36,802 nucleotides of DNA from Candidatus Micrarchaeota archaeon (GTDB lineage: Archaea; Micrarchaeota; Micrarchaeia; Micrarchaeales; CABMGC01), in contig DAHXKV010000024.1 of the NCBI GenBank assembly GCA_027366155.1, positions 1 through 36,802 on the forward strand, read 5' to 3'. Position 1 is the stretch's first letter. Every line of letters starts with the position of its first letter. Position numbers and translations under genes: made by a program. Below the pieces are notes generated by a model that saw nothing but the letters and a program-made list of their open reading frames with translations, was not told the DNA's origin and did no database searches. Below are positions 24,041 through 32,896 of the stretch, in pieces.

Positions 24041-24646
24041 GTGATGGACTACAATGCCCTACTCGGAATCCTCTCTACTGCGATAGGGACAGGCAGCTTC
24101 TTTCCTTACATATTCGACACAATAAAGGGGAAGATACGGCCGCATGCATACTCGTGGCTGGTCTGGGGATTTCTTCAGGCCGCAGTCTTCATCGCCCAGA
24201 CCGAAAAGGGCGCAGGCCCAGGCAGCTGGGCAATCGGGGCCTCATCTTTACTGTGCATGACTATATTCGCACTCTCGATAAAGCGGAGCGACCGTATCTC
24301 GGCAATAGACAAGGCAAGCCTTGCTGCTGCATTTGCAGGGATTCTGCTCTGGCTTGCAACCTCCGCTTCGCTTGTAGAAGTTGTCATAGCCTCGGCAACC
24401 GACATTGCAGGTTTCATACCTACATTCGCACAGGCATCATCCAAACCAGAAGAAGAGTCAGTCAAGGTCTTTGCTTTCGGTGCACTGGCGCTTTTCATCT
24501 CGATCCTGGCCTTAAAGAGCATAAATCCAGTCACTGTCCTCTATCCGGCAACCGTATGCATATCAAATACTGTATTCGTACTCTTTGTTACCCTGAAGAG
24601 AAATGCTGCTTCAAAACGGCGCAAGCAAGGCGCGTCCAAATCCTGA
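24041..24646 (+). CDS. Integral membrane protein, ~7 TM, possible PQ-loop/SWEET-like 3+1+3 architecture
   Basis: Seven hydrophobic segments are visible. Similar loops follow TM1 (FFPYIFDTIKGKIRP) and TM5 (GFIPTFAQASSKPEE). The start is GTG 24041 or ATG 24044. Confidence 0.6.
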   Translation: MMDYNALLGILSTAIGTGSFFPYIFDTIKGKIRPHAYSWLVWGFLQAAVFIAQTEKGAGPGSWAIGASSLLCMTIFALSIKRSDRISAIDKASLAAAFAGILLWLATSASLVEVVIASATDIAGFIPTFAQASSKPEEESVKVFAFGALALFISILALKSINPVTVLYPATVCISNTVFVLFVTLKRNAASKRRKQGASKS

Positions 24647-24651
24647 CCTCC

Positions 24652-26043
24652 TCATGCCATCTTCGAGGCGTCAAGTATCCTTTCAAGCTTCTTCCTGTCA
24701 AGTACCTTCATCCTGAGGCAGGTTTCCATTATACCCTTTCCGTCCCTGCGCGCCTTAGCAACAACCTCTGCAGCCTTTGCATATCCTATGTAAGGGGCAA
24801 GTGCCGTGGCTATTGCCGAGTCTTTTCCAAGGCTATCTGATATGTGGCGTCTCTCTGCCTTTATCCCTCTTATGCATCTTTCGGCGAAAATTTCCGCTCC
24901 CCTGGAAAGTATGCCCATTGAGAAGAGGAGGTTGTATGCTATGACTGGCGTGAAAACATTGAGCTCAAGCTGGCCCGAAGCGCAGGCCTCCCGTATGGTC
25001 GTCCCGCTGCCAAGAACCTGGAAGCAGACCATGTTCATCATCTCCGCTACACTTGGATTAACCTTGCCTGGCATTATGGAAGAGCCGGGATGGACTGCAG
25101 GAAGTGATATCTCGCCTATTCCGGCGTCAGGTCCGGAGGCCATAAGCCTTATGTCATTGGCTATCGTTCCTACTGCTATTGCTGTTTCTGATACAGCATT
25201 CGAAAGGTCAAGTTCGGCGAGTCTTGCCTGCATGTCCGCAAAGAAGTTTTCGGAGTAAACGAGCTTTATTCTGAACTCGTTACGCAGCTCAGAGATCATA
25301 TACCTCCTATATTTGCTGCCAGCATTGATTCCTGTCCCGACAGCAGTCCCTCCAATGGGTATCCTGAGAAGGCCTTTCATAACAATTTCCATAAAGCTTA
25401 TTGCATGCTGCACCTGCCCGGCGTATCCTGAAAATTCGGAGCCTAGGCGTATTGGGACCGCATCCTGGAGATGTGTCCTTCCAACTTTCACTATGCTGCT
25501 GAACTCGCCTGCCTTTGCAGAAAGCCTCTTCCTGAGGATCTCGAGTGCGGCGGAGAGTTCAACTGCCGAGGCATACGACGAGATCCTTATGGCGCTGGGC
25601 ATCGTGTCATTAGTAGACTGTGAGAGGTTTACATCGTCATTCGGGTGTATTATCTTGTATTCTCCTTTTCTGCCTCCGAGTATCTCTATTGCCCTATTGG
25701 CTATGACCTCATTGACGTACATGTTGATGTTGGTTCCGGCGCCGGCCTGGAAGATATCCAGCCCGGGCTCCTTCAAAAGGTTCATTTCTAGTACATCTGA
25801 GCATGCCCTCACTATTGCCTTTGCTTTCCTCGCATCAAGCTTTCCTGCCTTCATGTTTGCAAGCGCCGCGCATTTCTTCAGCCTGACATACGTTGAAATA
25901 AAGGCATCCTGTATCTTCAAACCTGATACGTTGTATAGCTCTATTGCGCGCTCAGTCTCTGCGCCATAATAGGCGTCTTCGGGCACAGGCACTAGCCCCA
26001 GCGCGTCCTTCTCCATTCTATATTTTTCCCTTTTCACCATCAT
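24652..26043 (-). CDS. fumC: Class II fumarate hydratase / aspartate ammonia-lyase family enzyme (fumarase favoured by operon context)
   Basis: The family signature GSSIMPGKVNP is present, along with QAGAGTNINMYVNEVIANRA, SQSTNDTMPSA and GRTHLQDAVP. The N-terminus MMVKREKYRMEKDALGLVPVPEDAYYGAETERA aligns with family N-termini, so ATG 26043/26040 is preferred (26-nt overlap with sdhB). ATG 26016 directly after the sdhB stop is the alternative. Confidence 0.85.
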   Translation of the reverse strand: MMVKREKYRMEKDALGLVPVPEDAYYGAETERAIELYNVSGLKIQDAFISTYVRLKKCAALANMKAGKLDARKAKAIVRACSDVLEMNLLKEPGLDIFQAGAGTNINMYVNEVIANRAIEILGGRKGEYKIIHPNDDVNLSQSTNDTMPSAIRISSYASAVELSAALEILRKRLSAKAGEFSSIVKVGRTHLQDAVPIRLGSEFSGYAGQVQHAISFMEIVMKGLLRIPIGGTAVGTGINAGSKYRRYMISELRNEFRIKLVYSENFFADMQARLAELDLSNAVSETAIAVGTIANDIRLMASGPDAGIGEISLPAVHPGSSIMPGKVNPSVAEMMNMVCFQVLGSGTTIREACASGQLELNVFTPVIAYNLLFSMGILSRGAEIFAERCIRGIKAERRHISDSLGKDSAIATALAPYIGYAKAAEVVAKARRDGKGIMETCLRMKVLDRKKLERILDASKMA

Positions 26044-27031
26044 TATCCCAATCAAGCCCAAGAAGCTCCATCTTCATTGACTGTATTGCCGCAGCCGGAT
26101 CAACTCCCTTAGGGCAGACCTCGGAGCATGCGCCTGCAAACTCGCACCCCCAGACTCCATCAAGGCTATCCACGAGTCCGAGCCGCTTACTGCCCATCTG
26201 GTCCCTGGAATCCTTATGGTATCTTTCTGCCTGGGAGAGGGCCTGCGGCCCGATGAATCCCTGGTTGGAATTAACAACAGGGCATGCATCCATGCAGAGT
26301 CCGCACATTATGCAGTACGAGAATGGAAGGTACTCAAGCAGCTCATCCTGGCTCTGCCGGTATATATGTTCTGCTCTCTGCTGCTCCTCCGCATCCTTCC
26401 TATACAGCTCTGGGATTATCTTCCTGTGGTCCTTCATGAATCCACTGAAGTCGGTGACAAGGTCCTTGACTGGGGGGTGAACCTGCATCGGCTCCACCGA
26501 GACGGTTCCGCCCCTGCATGCGTCGATCAGGCCTGTCTCGCATGCTAGTGCTGGCTTGCCGTTTATGACCATGCCGCATGAGCCGCATATGCCCATTCTG
26601 CAGCTGTACCTTACAGAGAGCGAATTGTCCTCACCTTCCTTTATGGATAGAAGCGCGTCTAGGACAGTGGTGAACTTGTTTGCCATTACGCCATGCTTCC
26701 TGAACTCTATCCTGCCCGATCCGAACCTGCCCAGGTTAACCGTTACGGGTCTCTCTCCAGGGCCTGCGGGCGTTATGCTGTTCTTGATTCCATTGGTCCT
26801 GATCTCCGCTGACATTGCTGACTTTGGTATGCGCATCCCCCCGCCAGAATGCGAAAACGCCTCGACAAAGCCCATCACCGCGTAGACAAAGAGGCCTGCC
26901 GCTGCAGCCATCTCGCTGATGTAATAAACGGTGCCAAGCCTAAGAAGCGCCGAGACTGACATGATTGCAAACAGCAGAGGCACACCTAACATCGAGGCGT
27001 AAAGCAATATCATGTATCTTGAAGCATTCAT
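26018..27031 (-). CDS. sdhB: Succinate dehydrogenase Fe-S subunit (SdhB) with an in-frame N-terminal two-TM hairpin (SdhD-like anchor?)
   Basis: The cluster motifs are CRMGICGSCGMVINGKPALAC (2Fe-2S), CIMCGLCMDACP (4Fe-4S) and CEFAGACSEVCP (3Fe-4S). Upstream, in the same frame, lies MNASRYMILLYASMLGVPLLFAIMSVSALL...AAAAGLFVYAVMGFVEAF. ATG 27031 overlaps the upstream stop (ATGA). ATG 26836 is an internal alternative start for SdhB proper. Confidence 0.85.
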   Translation of the reverse strand: MNASRYMILLYASMLGVPLLFAIMSVSALLRLGTVYYISEMAAAAGLFVYAVMGFVEAFSHSGGGMRIPKSAMSAEIRTNGIKNSITPAGPGERPVTVNLGRFGSGRIEFRKHGVMANKFTTVLDALLSIKEGEDNSLSVRYSCRMGICGSCGMVINGKPALACETGLIDACRGGTVSVEPMQVHPPVKDLVTDFSGFMKDHRKIIPELYRKDAEEQQRAEHIYRQSQDELLEYLPFSYCIMCGLCMDACPVVNSNQGFIGPQALSQAERYHKDSRDQMGSKRLGLVDSLDGVWGCEFAGACSEVCPKGVDPAAAIQSMKMELLGLDWDNDGEKGKI

Positions 27032-27441
27032 GCAAACCACACATAAGAGACTGCAAGAAGCAGTACAATCCATACCGCGGAGATGGCATATGGGAGATAA
27101 GCGTAAATTCCCGCACTCCTGCCACTACCTGCCATCTTCATGTAGTACTCGCTGTATTTCCCGAAAGCCAGCCCCTTGCTCCTGACAAGTGAGAATGCCT
27201 CTATTGCCGAAAAGAGCTGCGGCGTGAAGAGTATCCATGCAGCTATTATCGATATCTTAGCTGCAAGAAGCACCAGCGGCGTGCCGTACGCCATCGAATA
27301 GACTATCAGGGCAGCGGTTACCAGTGCAACGAATATCAGCACTTTGTAAAACAGAATGTGCACAAGGCCGAAAAGCGAAAACCTGCCCATCCTGAAAATA
27401 CCTAACTGGCTTCCCCTCTGCTCCCATCTCTCCTCCATCAT
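27028..27441 (-). CDS. sdhC: Succinate dehydrogenase membrane anchor subunit (SdhC-like, 3 TM)
   Basis: The 137-aa protein has three hydrophobic helices and a His in helix 1 (LVHILF). It lies between sdhA (4-nt gap) and the next gene (ATGA overlap). The assignment rests on context and topology only. Confidence 0.6.
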   Translation of the reverse strand: MMEERWEQRGSQLGIFRMGRFSLFGLVHILFYKVLIFVALVTAALIVYSMAYGTPLVLLAAKISIIAAWILFTPQLFSAIEAFSLVRSKGLAFGKYSEYYMKMAGSGRSAGIYAYLPYAISAVWIVLLLAVSYVWFA

Positions 27442-27445
27442 ACCA

Positions 27446-29182
27446 TCAATAAACCCGCGGCTGCGGCTTCCACCTTGTTATCCTGACCGGAAGGTAGGAA
27501 ATTTCGTGCCTGGCGCCACGCTTTGAAATTATGCTGTGCTTTAGCCATTCGGCGTCGTCCCGTTCCCTGTATTCCATGACAAAATGCGAGCCCCTGCTCT
27601 CTCTTCTCCGGAGTGCAAGCTCTGCGCTTGCGTGTGCAAGCTCTAGGAGATTGCCTATCTCAAAGATGTTGACGAGGTTCGTATTGAACTTCTTTCCCTT
27701 GTCTGTTACATATATGTCAGAAAACTCCTTCTTAATTTCAAGTAGCTTACTGACTCCCTCTTCCATTCCCTTAACTGTCTTGAATACGAAAAAGTTGCTG
27801 TCCATTACTTTCTGCATTGCGCTTCTAATCTCATATGGGTTCTTGCTGCCTGAAGAGTCTCTTAACTTGCCTATTCTTCCTGATTCCCTCTCGAGAATCT
27901 CCTCAGGATGGCTCCTGCTGTGGAATGAACTCTTCGCGGCATGCTCGGATGCCTTCTCTCCGGCTATCCTGCCCCAGACTGCGCACTGGCTTAGGGAATT
28001 GCTACCTAGCCTATTGGCCCCATGCACACTAACGCACCCGCATTCCCCAACGGCCCAGAGCCCTGCCACCTGCCTTCCGTCAGAATAAAGGGCGTTGCCA
28101 TCAATGTCTGTGTGCACGCCACCCATGGTGAAGTGAGTGCCAGGCCTGACCGGTATCGGCTCAGATCCGGGGTCCAGCTTTATCATGCGCTTAGACATCT
28201 CCATTATCATCGGGAGCTTCTTACTGAGCTTTTCCATGTCGATGTGCCGAAGGTCAAGCCCTACATATGCATAGCCGTACCTGTCCGAAGGGAAGCCCCG
28301 TCCCTCGTTTAGCTCCGTCATGATCGCCCTGGAGATTATGTCTCTCGGCGCGAGCTCCATCCGTTCCTTCGCGTACCTTGACATGAATCGCTCGCCATTA
28401 GCATTTATCAGATAGGCTCCCTCTCCCCGTGCAGCCTCGCTTATGAGTATGCCGCTCGGGACGAGCGCCGTAGGATGGTATTGTACAAATTCCATGTCTT
28501 TCAGCGCCAGCCCTGCCTCAAATGCCAGCGCGGTTCCGTCTCCTGTGGATGAATGTGCCGTCGTTGTGAATCCGTAGGCGCGCGAGAATCCACCGGTGGC
28601 AATTATGCCCGACCTCCCCCTGAAAAAAAACTCCTCCCCGTCAGAGATCCTGAAAGCGCATATGCCTCCGAATGTGCCTTTCTCTATCACGATAGAAGTC
28701 GCGTAATATTCGTGGAAGATATCTATGCCTTCCACGCCAGAGACATAGTCATACAACGCACGCATCATAAAGAAGCCGGTCTTGTCTGCGGCAAATGCAG
28801 TTCTCGGTGTGCTCATGCCTCCAAAAGGCCTTTCCTCTATTTCCCCGTGTACTGTCCTGTTCCATGGCACCCCCAGGTGCTCAAGATGCCTTATCTCTCC
28901 CGGGGCCCTGCTTACCAGCAACTCCACAGCATCCTGGTCTGCAAGGTAATCCGAACCCTTTATCGTGTCAAACGCATGCGAGTCCTCGGAGTCTTTTCCT
29001 TCCTCGGGGCTCAATACTCCCGATATGCCCCCTTCCGCAGAAACCGAATGGCTGCGCATTGCATGCAGCTTCGAGATAATGCATATGCGCTGGCCTTTTG
29101 TTTTCTCCGCAGCGTGTAGCGCTGCCTTGAACCCCGCTATCCCGCTACCCAGTACTACGACGTCATAATCCAGAACTTCCAT
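27446..29182 (-). CDS. sdhA: Succinate dehydrogenase / fumarate reductase flavoprotein subunit (SdhA)
   Basis: The motifs are DYDVVVLGSGIAG (FAD), RSHSVSAEGG (covalent-FAD His), HPTAL, RGEGAYLINANGERFM, HFTMGGV and ESRGSH. ATG 29182 (MEVLDYDVVV) is preferred over the ORF start at 29278. Confidence 0.92.
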   Translation of the reverse strand: MEVLDYDVVVLGSGIAGFKAALHAAEKTKGQRICIISKLHAMRSHSVSAEGGISGVLSPEEGKDSEDSHAFDTIKGSDYLADQDAVELLVSRAPGEIRHLEHLGVPWNRTVHGEIEERPFGGMSTPRTAFAADKTGFFMMRALYDYVSGVEGIDIFHEYYATSIVIEKGTFGGICAFRISDGEEFFFRGRSGIIATGGFSRAYGFTTTAHSSTGDGTALAFEAGLALKDMEFVQYHPTALVPSGILISEAARGEGAYLINANGERFMSRYAKERMELAPRDIISRAIMTELNEGRGFPSDRYGYAYVGLDLRHIDMEKLSKKLPMIMEMSKRMIKLDPGSEPIPVRPGTHFTMGGVHTDIDGNALYSDGRQVAGLWAVGECGCVSVHGANRLGSNSLSQCAVWGRIAGEKASEHAAKSSFHSRSHPEEILERESGRIGKLRDSSGSKNPYEIRSAMQKVMDSNFFVFKTVKGMEEGVSKLLEIKKEFSDIYVTDKGKKFNTNLVNIFEIGNLLELAHASAELALRRRESRGSHFVMEYRERDDAEWLKHSIISKRGARHEISYLPVRITRWKPQPRVY

Positions 29183-29210
29183 GTTTATTGCTTTTATAAC
29201 ATCGGCAAAG

Positions 29211-29220
29211 CTTAAAAAGT
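29211..29220 (-). promoter_or_regulatory. TATA-like box (ACTTTTTAAG on the minus strand) upstream of sdhA
   Basis: It is centred ~33 nt upstream of ATG 29182, in the divergent intergenic region shared with the gene at 29349. Confidence 0.35.
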
Positions 29221-29348
29221 ATCTGAGCGCAGGAGGCATGTTTGCCTGAAGACCGGACCAGAATGCGCTTTCAGGCAATCCCTCCTCCCAGGACCATGCA
29301 AATATTTAATAACACCAACTCAAAAAATAAAGCAGTGAGTAGTTTCGC

Positions 29349-30566
29349 ATGCCAAAGATAATGATAATAGGCGCAGGAGGGGTCGCCGGCGTTGCCGCGT
29401 ACAAATGCGCACAGGCGCATGAGCATTTCGAGAGGATAATGCTTGCAAGCAGGAGCATCAGCAAGTGCATTGGCATACGCGACCGGATAAAGGAAAAGAC
29501 TGGAGTCGAGATCGAGGTTGCAGAGGTCAATGCCGAAGACGTCCCGCACCTGGTCTCACTGATAAGGTCGTTCAAGCCCGATGTGGTCCTTAATCTTGCA
29601 CTTCCATACCAAGACCTAAAGATAATGGACGCCTGCCTGGAAGCTGGCGCCAACTATGTCGACACGGCAAACTATGAACCGGAGGACGTTGCACATTTCG
29701 AGTACAGCTGGCAATGGGCCTACAAGGAAAAATTCAAGGAGCGGGGCCTGATCGCAGTTCTGGGCTGCGGCTTTGACCCTGGCGTCTCAAACATCTTCTC
29801 TGCATTCGCCCAGAAGCACCTCTTTGATGAGATACACTACATAGACATACTGGACTGCAATGCGGGAAACCACGGCCACCCATTTGCCACCAACTTCAAT
29901 CCCGAGATAAACATAAGGGAGGTGACGCAGGTTGTCAGGCACTGGGAAAACGGGAGATGGGTGGAGACCCCCTCAATACTAAATCCCGGAAGCGTGCATT
30001 TCCCTTTCGACTATCCTGTTGTAGGAAAGAAGGAGAGCTATCTCCTCTACCACGAGGAGCTCGAATCACTCGCAAAGAACATACACGGGCTCAAGCGCAT
30101 ACGCTTCTGGATGACCTTCTCAGAAAATTACATAAACTACCTGCGCGTACTGCAGGATGTAGGCATGACTAGGATAGACGAGGTGGATTATGAGGGCAGT
30201 AAGGTAGTACCTATACGCTTCCTCAAGTGCCTGCTTCCGGATCCTGCCTCACTGGGCTCTAATTACACAGGAAAAACCGTGATAGGCAATGTGATTACTG
30301 GGATAAAGGACGGACGCGAAAAGTCAGTTTACATATATAACGTATGCGACCATTCCGAATCATTCAAGGAGGCAGGCGCACAGGCAATCTCATACACAAC
30401 CGGAGTGCCTGCCATGATTGCAGCAATGCTTGTCGCAAATGGCACATGGAAAGGCAGCGGCGTCTTCAACGCTGAAGAGATGGATCCAGACCCGTTCATG
30501 GAGCTTCTGGGCAGGTACGGACTTCCCTGGGAACAGAAGGATTTTGCAGGAAGGCTCCCGGATTGA
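29349..30566 (+). CDS. Carboxy(nor)spermidine dehydrogenase/synthase (saccharopine dehydrogenase family)
   Basis: The N-terminus is IMIIGAGGVAGVAAYK. The motifs WQWAYKEKFKERGLIAVLGCGFDPGVSNIF, HLFDEIHYIDILDCNAGNHGHPFATNFNPEINIRE, LLPDP.SLG..YTG, AISYTTGVPAMIAA and GVFNAEEMDPDPF closely match my recollection of Vibrio-type CANSDH. Confidence 0.85.
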   Translation: MPKIMIIGAGGVAGVAAYKCAQAHEHFERIMLASRSISKCIGIRDRIKEKTGVEIEVAEVNAEDVPHLVSLIRSFKPDVVLNLALPYQDLKIMDACLEAGANYVDTANYEPEDVAHFEYSWQWAYKEKFKERGLIAVLGCGFDPGVSNIFSAFAQKHLFDEIHYIDILDCNAGNHGHPFATNFNPEINIREVTQVVRHWENGRWVETPSILNPGSVHFPFDYPVVGKKESYLLYHEELESLAKNIHGLKRIRFWMTFSENYINYLRVLQDVGMTRIDEVDYEGSKVVPIRFLKCLLPDPASLGSNYTGKTVIGNVITGIKDGREKSVYIYNVCDHSESFKEAGAQAISYTTGVPAMIAAMLVANGTWKGSGVFNAEEMDPDPFMELLGRYGLPWEQKDFAGRLPD

Positions 30567-30575
30567 GGTTAACCG

Positions 30576-31790
30576 ATGGCCACAAACTCTTATCTTGATG
30601 CAGGCTCTAGGAAGGAATCCGCAAGGCTTGCAAGACTTGACTTTCGGGAGGAGGTTATTTCAGAAGTCAGGACTCCAGCATTCGTGGTAAGCGAGCAGGC
30701 GCTCGAGAGGAACCTTAAAATAATCTCCACCGTGCGCAAGAGAACCGGGGCAAAAATACTGCTTGCACTCAAGGCATTCTCAATGTATGGGGCATTTCCT
30801 GTCATCGCTAAACATCTCGACGGTGTCTGCGCAAGCGGCCCGAATGAGGCAAGGCTCGGTAAGGAAGAGTTCAAGAAGGCGGTGCATACATTCGCGCCAG
30901 CATACTCTTCTAACGACATAGAATGCCTGGTAAAGACCTCAGACACCATAATCTTTAATTCCATAAGCCAGTGGAAAAAGTACAGGGAGTTTGTAAGGAG
31001 CAGCGGCCGGAAAATAGAGATAGGCCTGAGGGTGAATCCCGGCTATTCCGAGGTCAAGGTAGATCTGTACAACCCTGTCTCCCCCGAAGCGGGCCTCGGG
31101 GTATTTCCAGAGGAGCTTGTGGGAGAAGACCTCTCGCTTCTTGACGGGCTTCACTTCCATGCACTCTGCGAGCAGGGTGCCGAAACGCTCGCCTCCGTAT
31201 TGGCTGCATTTGAGAAAAACTTCGCGCCCTACCTGAAAAAGGTCAGATGGGTGAACTTTGGTGGCGGGCACCACATCACCCGAAAAGGCTACGATCTCGG
31301 TCACCTGGTAAAAATAATAAACTCATTCAAGGAAAGGTATGGGGTGCAGGTATACATTGAGCCGGGGGAGGCGATAGCGATGAACGCCGGGATAATGGTC
31401 TCCAGCGTACTGGATATACTTCCAAGGACGCTTAAGCGGCGCAAGGAGATTGCGCTCCTTGATACCTCCGCTGAAGACCACATGCCAGATGTACTGGCAA
31501 TGCCATACCGGCCAGAGATACTACAAGACAGTGGCACAAGGCCAGCCGCTAACACATATATTTTTAGGGGCCAGACCTGCCTCGCAGGTGACATAATAGG
31601 CGAATACAAGCTTGCCGTAAAACTCAGGCCTGGAGACAGGGTTGTATTTCTCGACATGGCAATATATACCATGGTCAAGACCACCACATTCAACGGAGTA
31701 AATCTGCCCTCGATATACTTCCTGAGGAAATCAGGCATGCTTGAGGAGACAAAGCGGTTCGGTTACAAGGACTATAAAGGCAGGCTCTGA
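30576..31790 (+). CDS. nspC: Carboxy(nor)spermidine decarboxylase (PLP-dependent, alanine racemase-fold decarboxylase family)
   Basis: It contains TPAFVVSEQALERNL, KILLALKAFSMYGAF, GVCASGPNEARLG, VNFGGGHHITRKGYD, YIEPGEAIAMNAG and TCLAGDIIGEY. It starts 9 nt downstream of the dehydrogenase gene. Confidence 0.85.
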   Translation: MATNSYLDAGSRKESARLARLDFREEVISEVRTPAFVVSEQALERNLKIISTVRKRTGAKILLALKAFSMYGAFPVIAKHLDGVCASGPNEARLGKEEFKKAVHTFAPAYSSNDIECLVKTSDTIIFNSISQWKKYREFVRSSGRKIEIGLRVNPGYSEVKVDLYNPVSPEAGLGVFPEELVGEDLSLLDGLHFHALCEQGAETLASVLAAFEKNFAPYLKKVRWVNFGGGHHITRKGYDLGHLVKIINSFKERYGVQVYIEPGEAIAMNAGIMVSSVLDILPRTLKRRKEIALLDTSAEDHMPDVLAMPYRPEILQDSGTRPAANTYIFRGQTCLAGDIIGEYKLAVKLRPGDRVVFLDMAIYTMVKTTTFNGVNLPSIYFLRKSGMLEETKRFGYKDYKGRL

Positions 31791-31846
31791 GGCAAGACCC
31801 GGGCCGCCTGCAAAAATGTGCCATGACTCAATTATCTATATGAGTT

Positions 31847-32896
31847 TCAAATGTATCCTTTTACTTTTAGCAACTCGGCGTTGAGAAGAGCCGCGCCTGC
31901 CGCGCCCCGTATGAGATTGTGCCCCAGGACGGTAAACTTGTAATCAAGCACATTGCACTTCCTTAGCCTACCCACAACTGAAGCCATGCCTCCCTCCACA
32001 AGCGCGTCGAATCTTGCCTGAGGCCTGTTCTCCACCTCGCTGTAGACTACTGACCGCCTAGGTGCTGAAGGAAGCCCCATGCCAGAAAGAGGGCTGAACT
32101 TCTTAAGCGTAGCTATTACCTCCTCCCTATCCGTCTTCCTGCTTAGCTTAACGCTTATCGATTCAGTATGGCCGTATCTGACTGGAACCCGGTTGCAACT
32201 TGCGCTTACCCTGAATCCAGCATTTATAACTCCCGACCCGGAGATGCTGCCGAATATCTTAAGGGGCTCGTTTTCAAGTTTGTCCTCCTCGTCGCTTATA
32301 AATGGTATCACGTTGTCTATTATGTCAAGCGAAGGCACCCCCGGATACCCCGCGCCGCTGGCCGCCTGCATTGTAGTGACTGAGATACGCTCCAGACCGA
32401 AAGAGTCGAAGAGCGGCTTCAGTGCTATGCACATGTGTATTGTGGAGCAGTTTGGATCCGTAACAATAAATCCCTTCCATCCGCGCTTCTTCCGCTGCAT
32501 GTCTATCAAAGCCAGGTGGTCTGGATTTATCTCTGGAATAAGGAGTGGCACATCGTTCTCCATCCTGTGGTTCTTGGCATTGCTGGAAACTGCATACCCT
32601 GCCTTTGCAAACTTATTCTCTATCTCGAGTGCCACGCTCGAGTCAAGCGCGGATAGGACAACGTCGCATCTGAGATCCGGATTGCACTCCTTTATTACCA
32701 TCTCCTCTGCATATTTTGGCATCTCCGGAGAAATACTCCATCTGCCTTTCATGATCTCTCCATAGCTCTTGCCTGAGGACCTGTCCGAGGCCGCAAGCTC
32801 TGTTACCTCGAACCACTTATGCTTTTCAAGAAGCCTCACGAGTGTCTGGCCAACCATTCCTGTTGCTCCAAGTATGCCTACGCTTATTTTTCCCAA
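31847..32896 (-). CDS. asd: Aspartate-semialdehyde dehydrogenase
   Basis: It contains GILGATGMVGQ, the active-site region NCSTIHMCIALKPL, TMQAASGAGY and GHNLIRGAAGAA. The TTG start immediately follows the aspartate kinase stop. Confidence 0.9.
   Translation of the reverse strand: MGKISVGILGATGMVGQTLVRLLEKHKWFEVTELAASDRSSGKSYGEIMKGRWSISPEMPKYAEEMVIKECNPDLRCDVVLSALDSSVALEIENKFAKAGYAVSSNAKNHRMENDVPLLIPEINPDHLALIDMQRKKRGWKGFIVTDPNCSTIHMCIALKPLFDSFGLERISVTTMQAASGAGYPGVPSLDIIDNVIPFISDEEDKLENEPLKIFGSISGSGVINAGFRVSASCNRVPVRYGHTESISVKLSRKTDREEVIATLKKFSPLSGMGLPSAPRRSVVYSEVENRPQARFDALVEGGMASVVGRLRKCNVLDYKFTVLGHNLIRGAAGAALLNAELLKVKGYI

Noticed and set aside
24034-24840. 268-aa Cys/Arg-rich ORF on the plus strand
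   Set aside because: It overlaps the 7-TM membrane protein in another frame and runs antisense into the fumarase-family gene. Its composition (R, C and H rich) is typical of an off-frame translation.
25313-29119. Plus-strand ORFs 25313..25969, 25944..26480, 26556..26885, 27531..28088 and 28553..29119
   Set aside because: All are antisense to the fumarase/SdhB/SdhA genes, which have strong catalytic motifs. I recognised no motifs in them.
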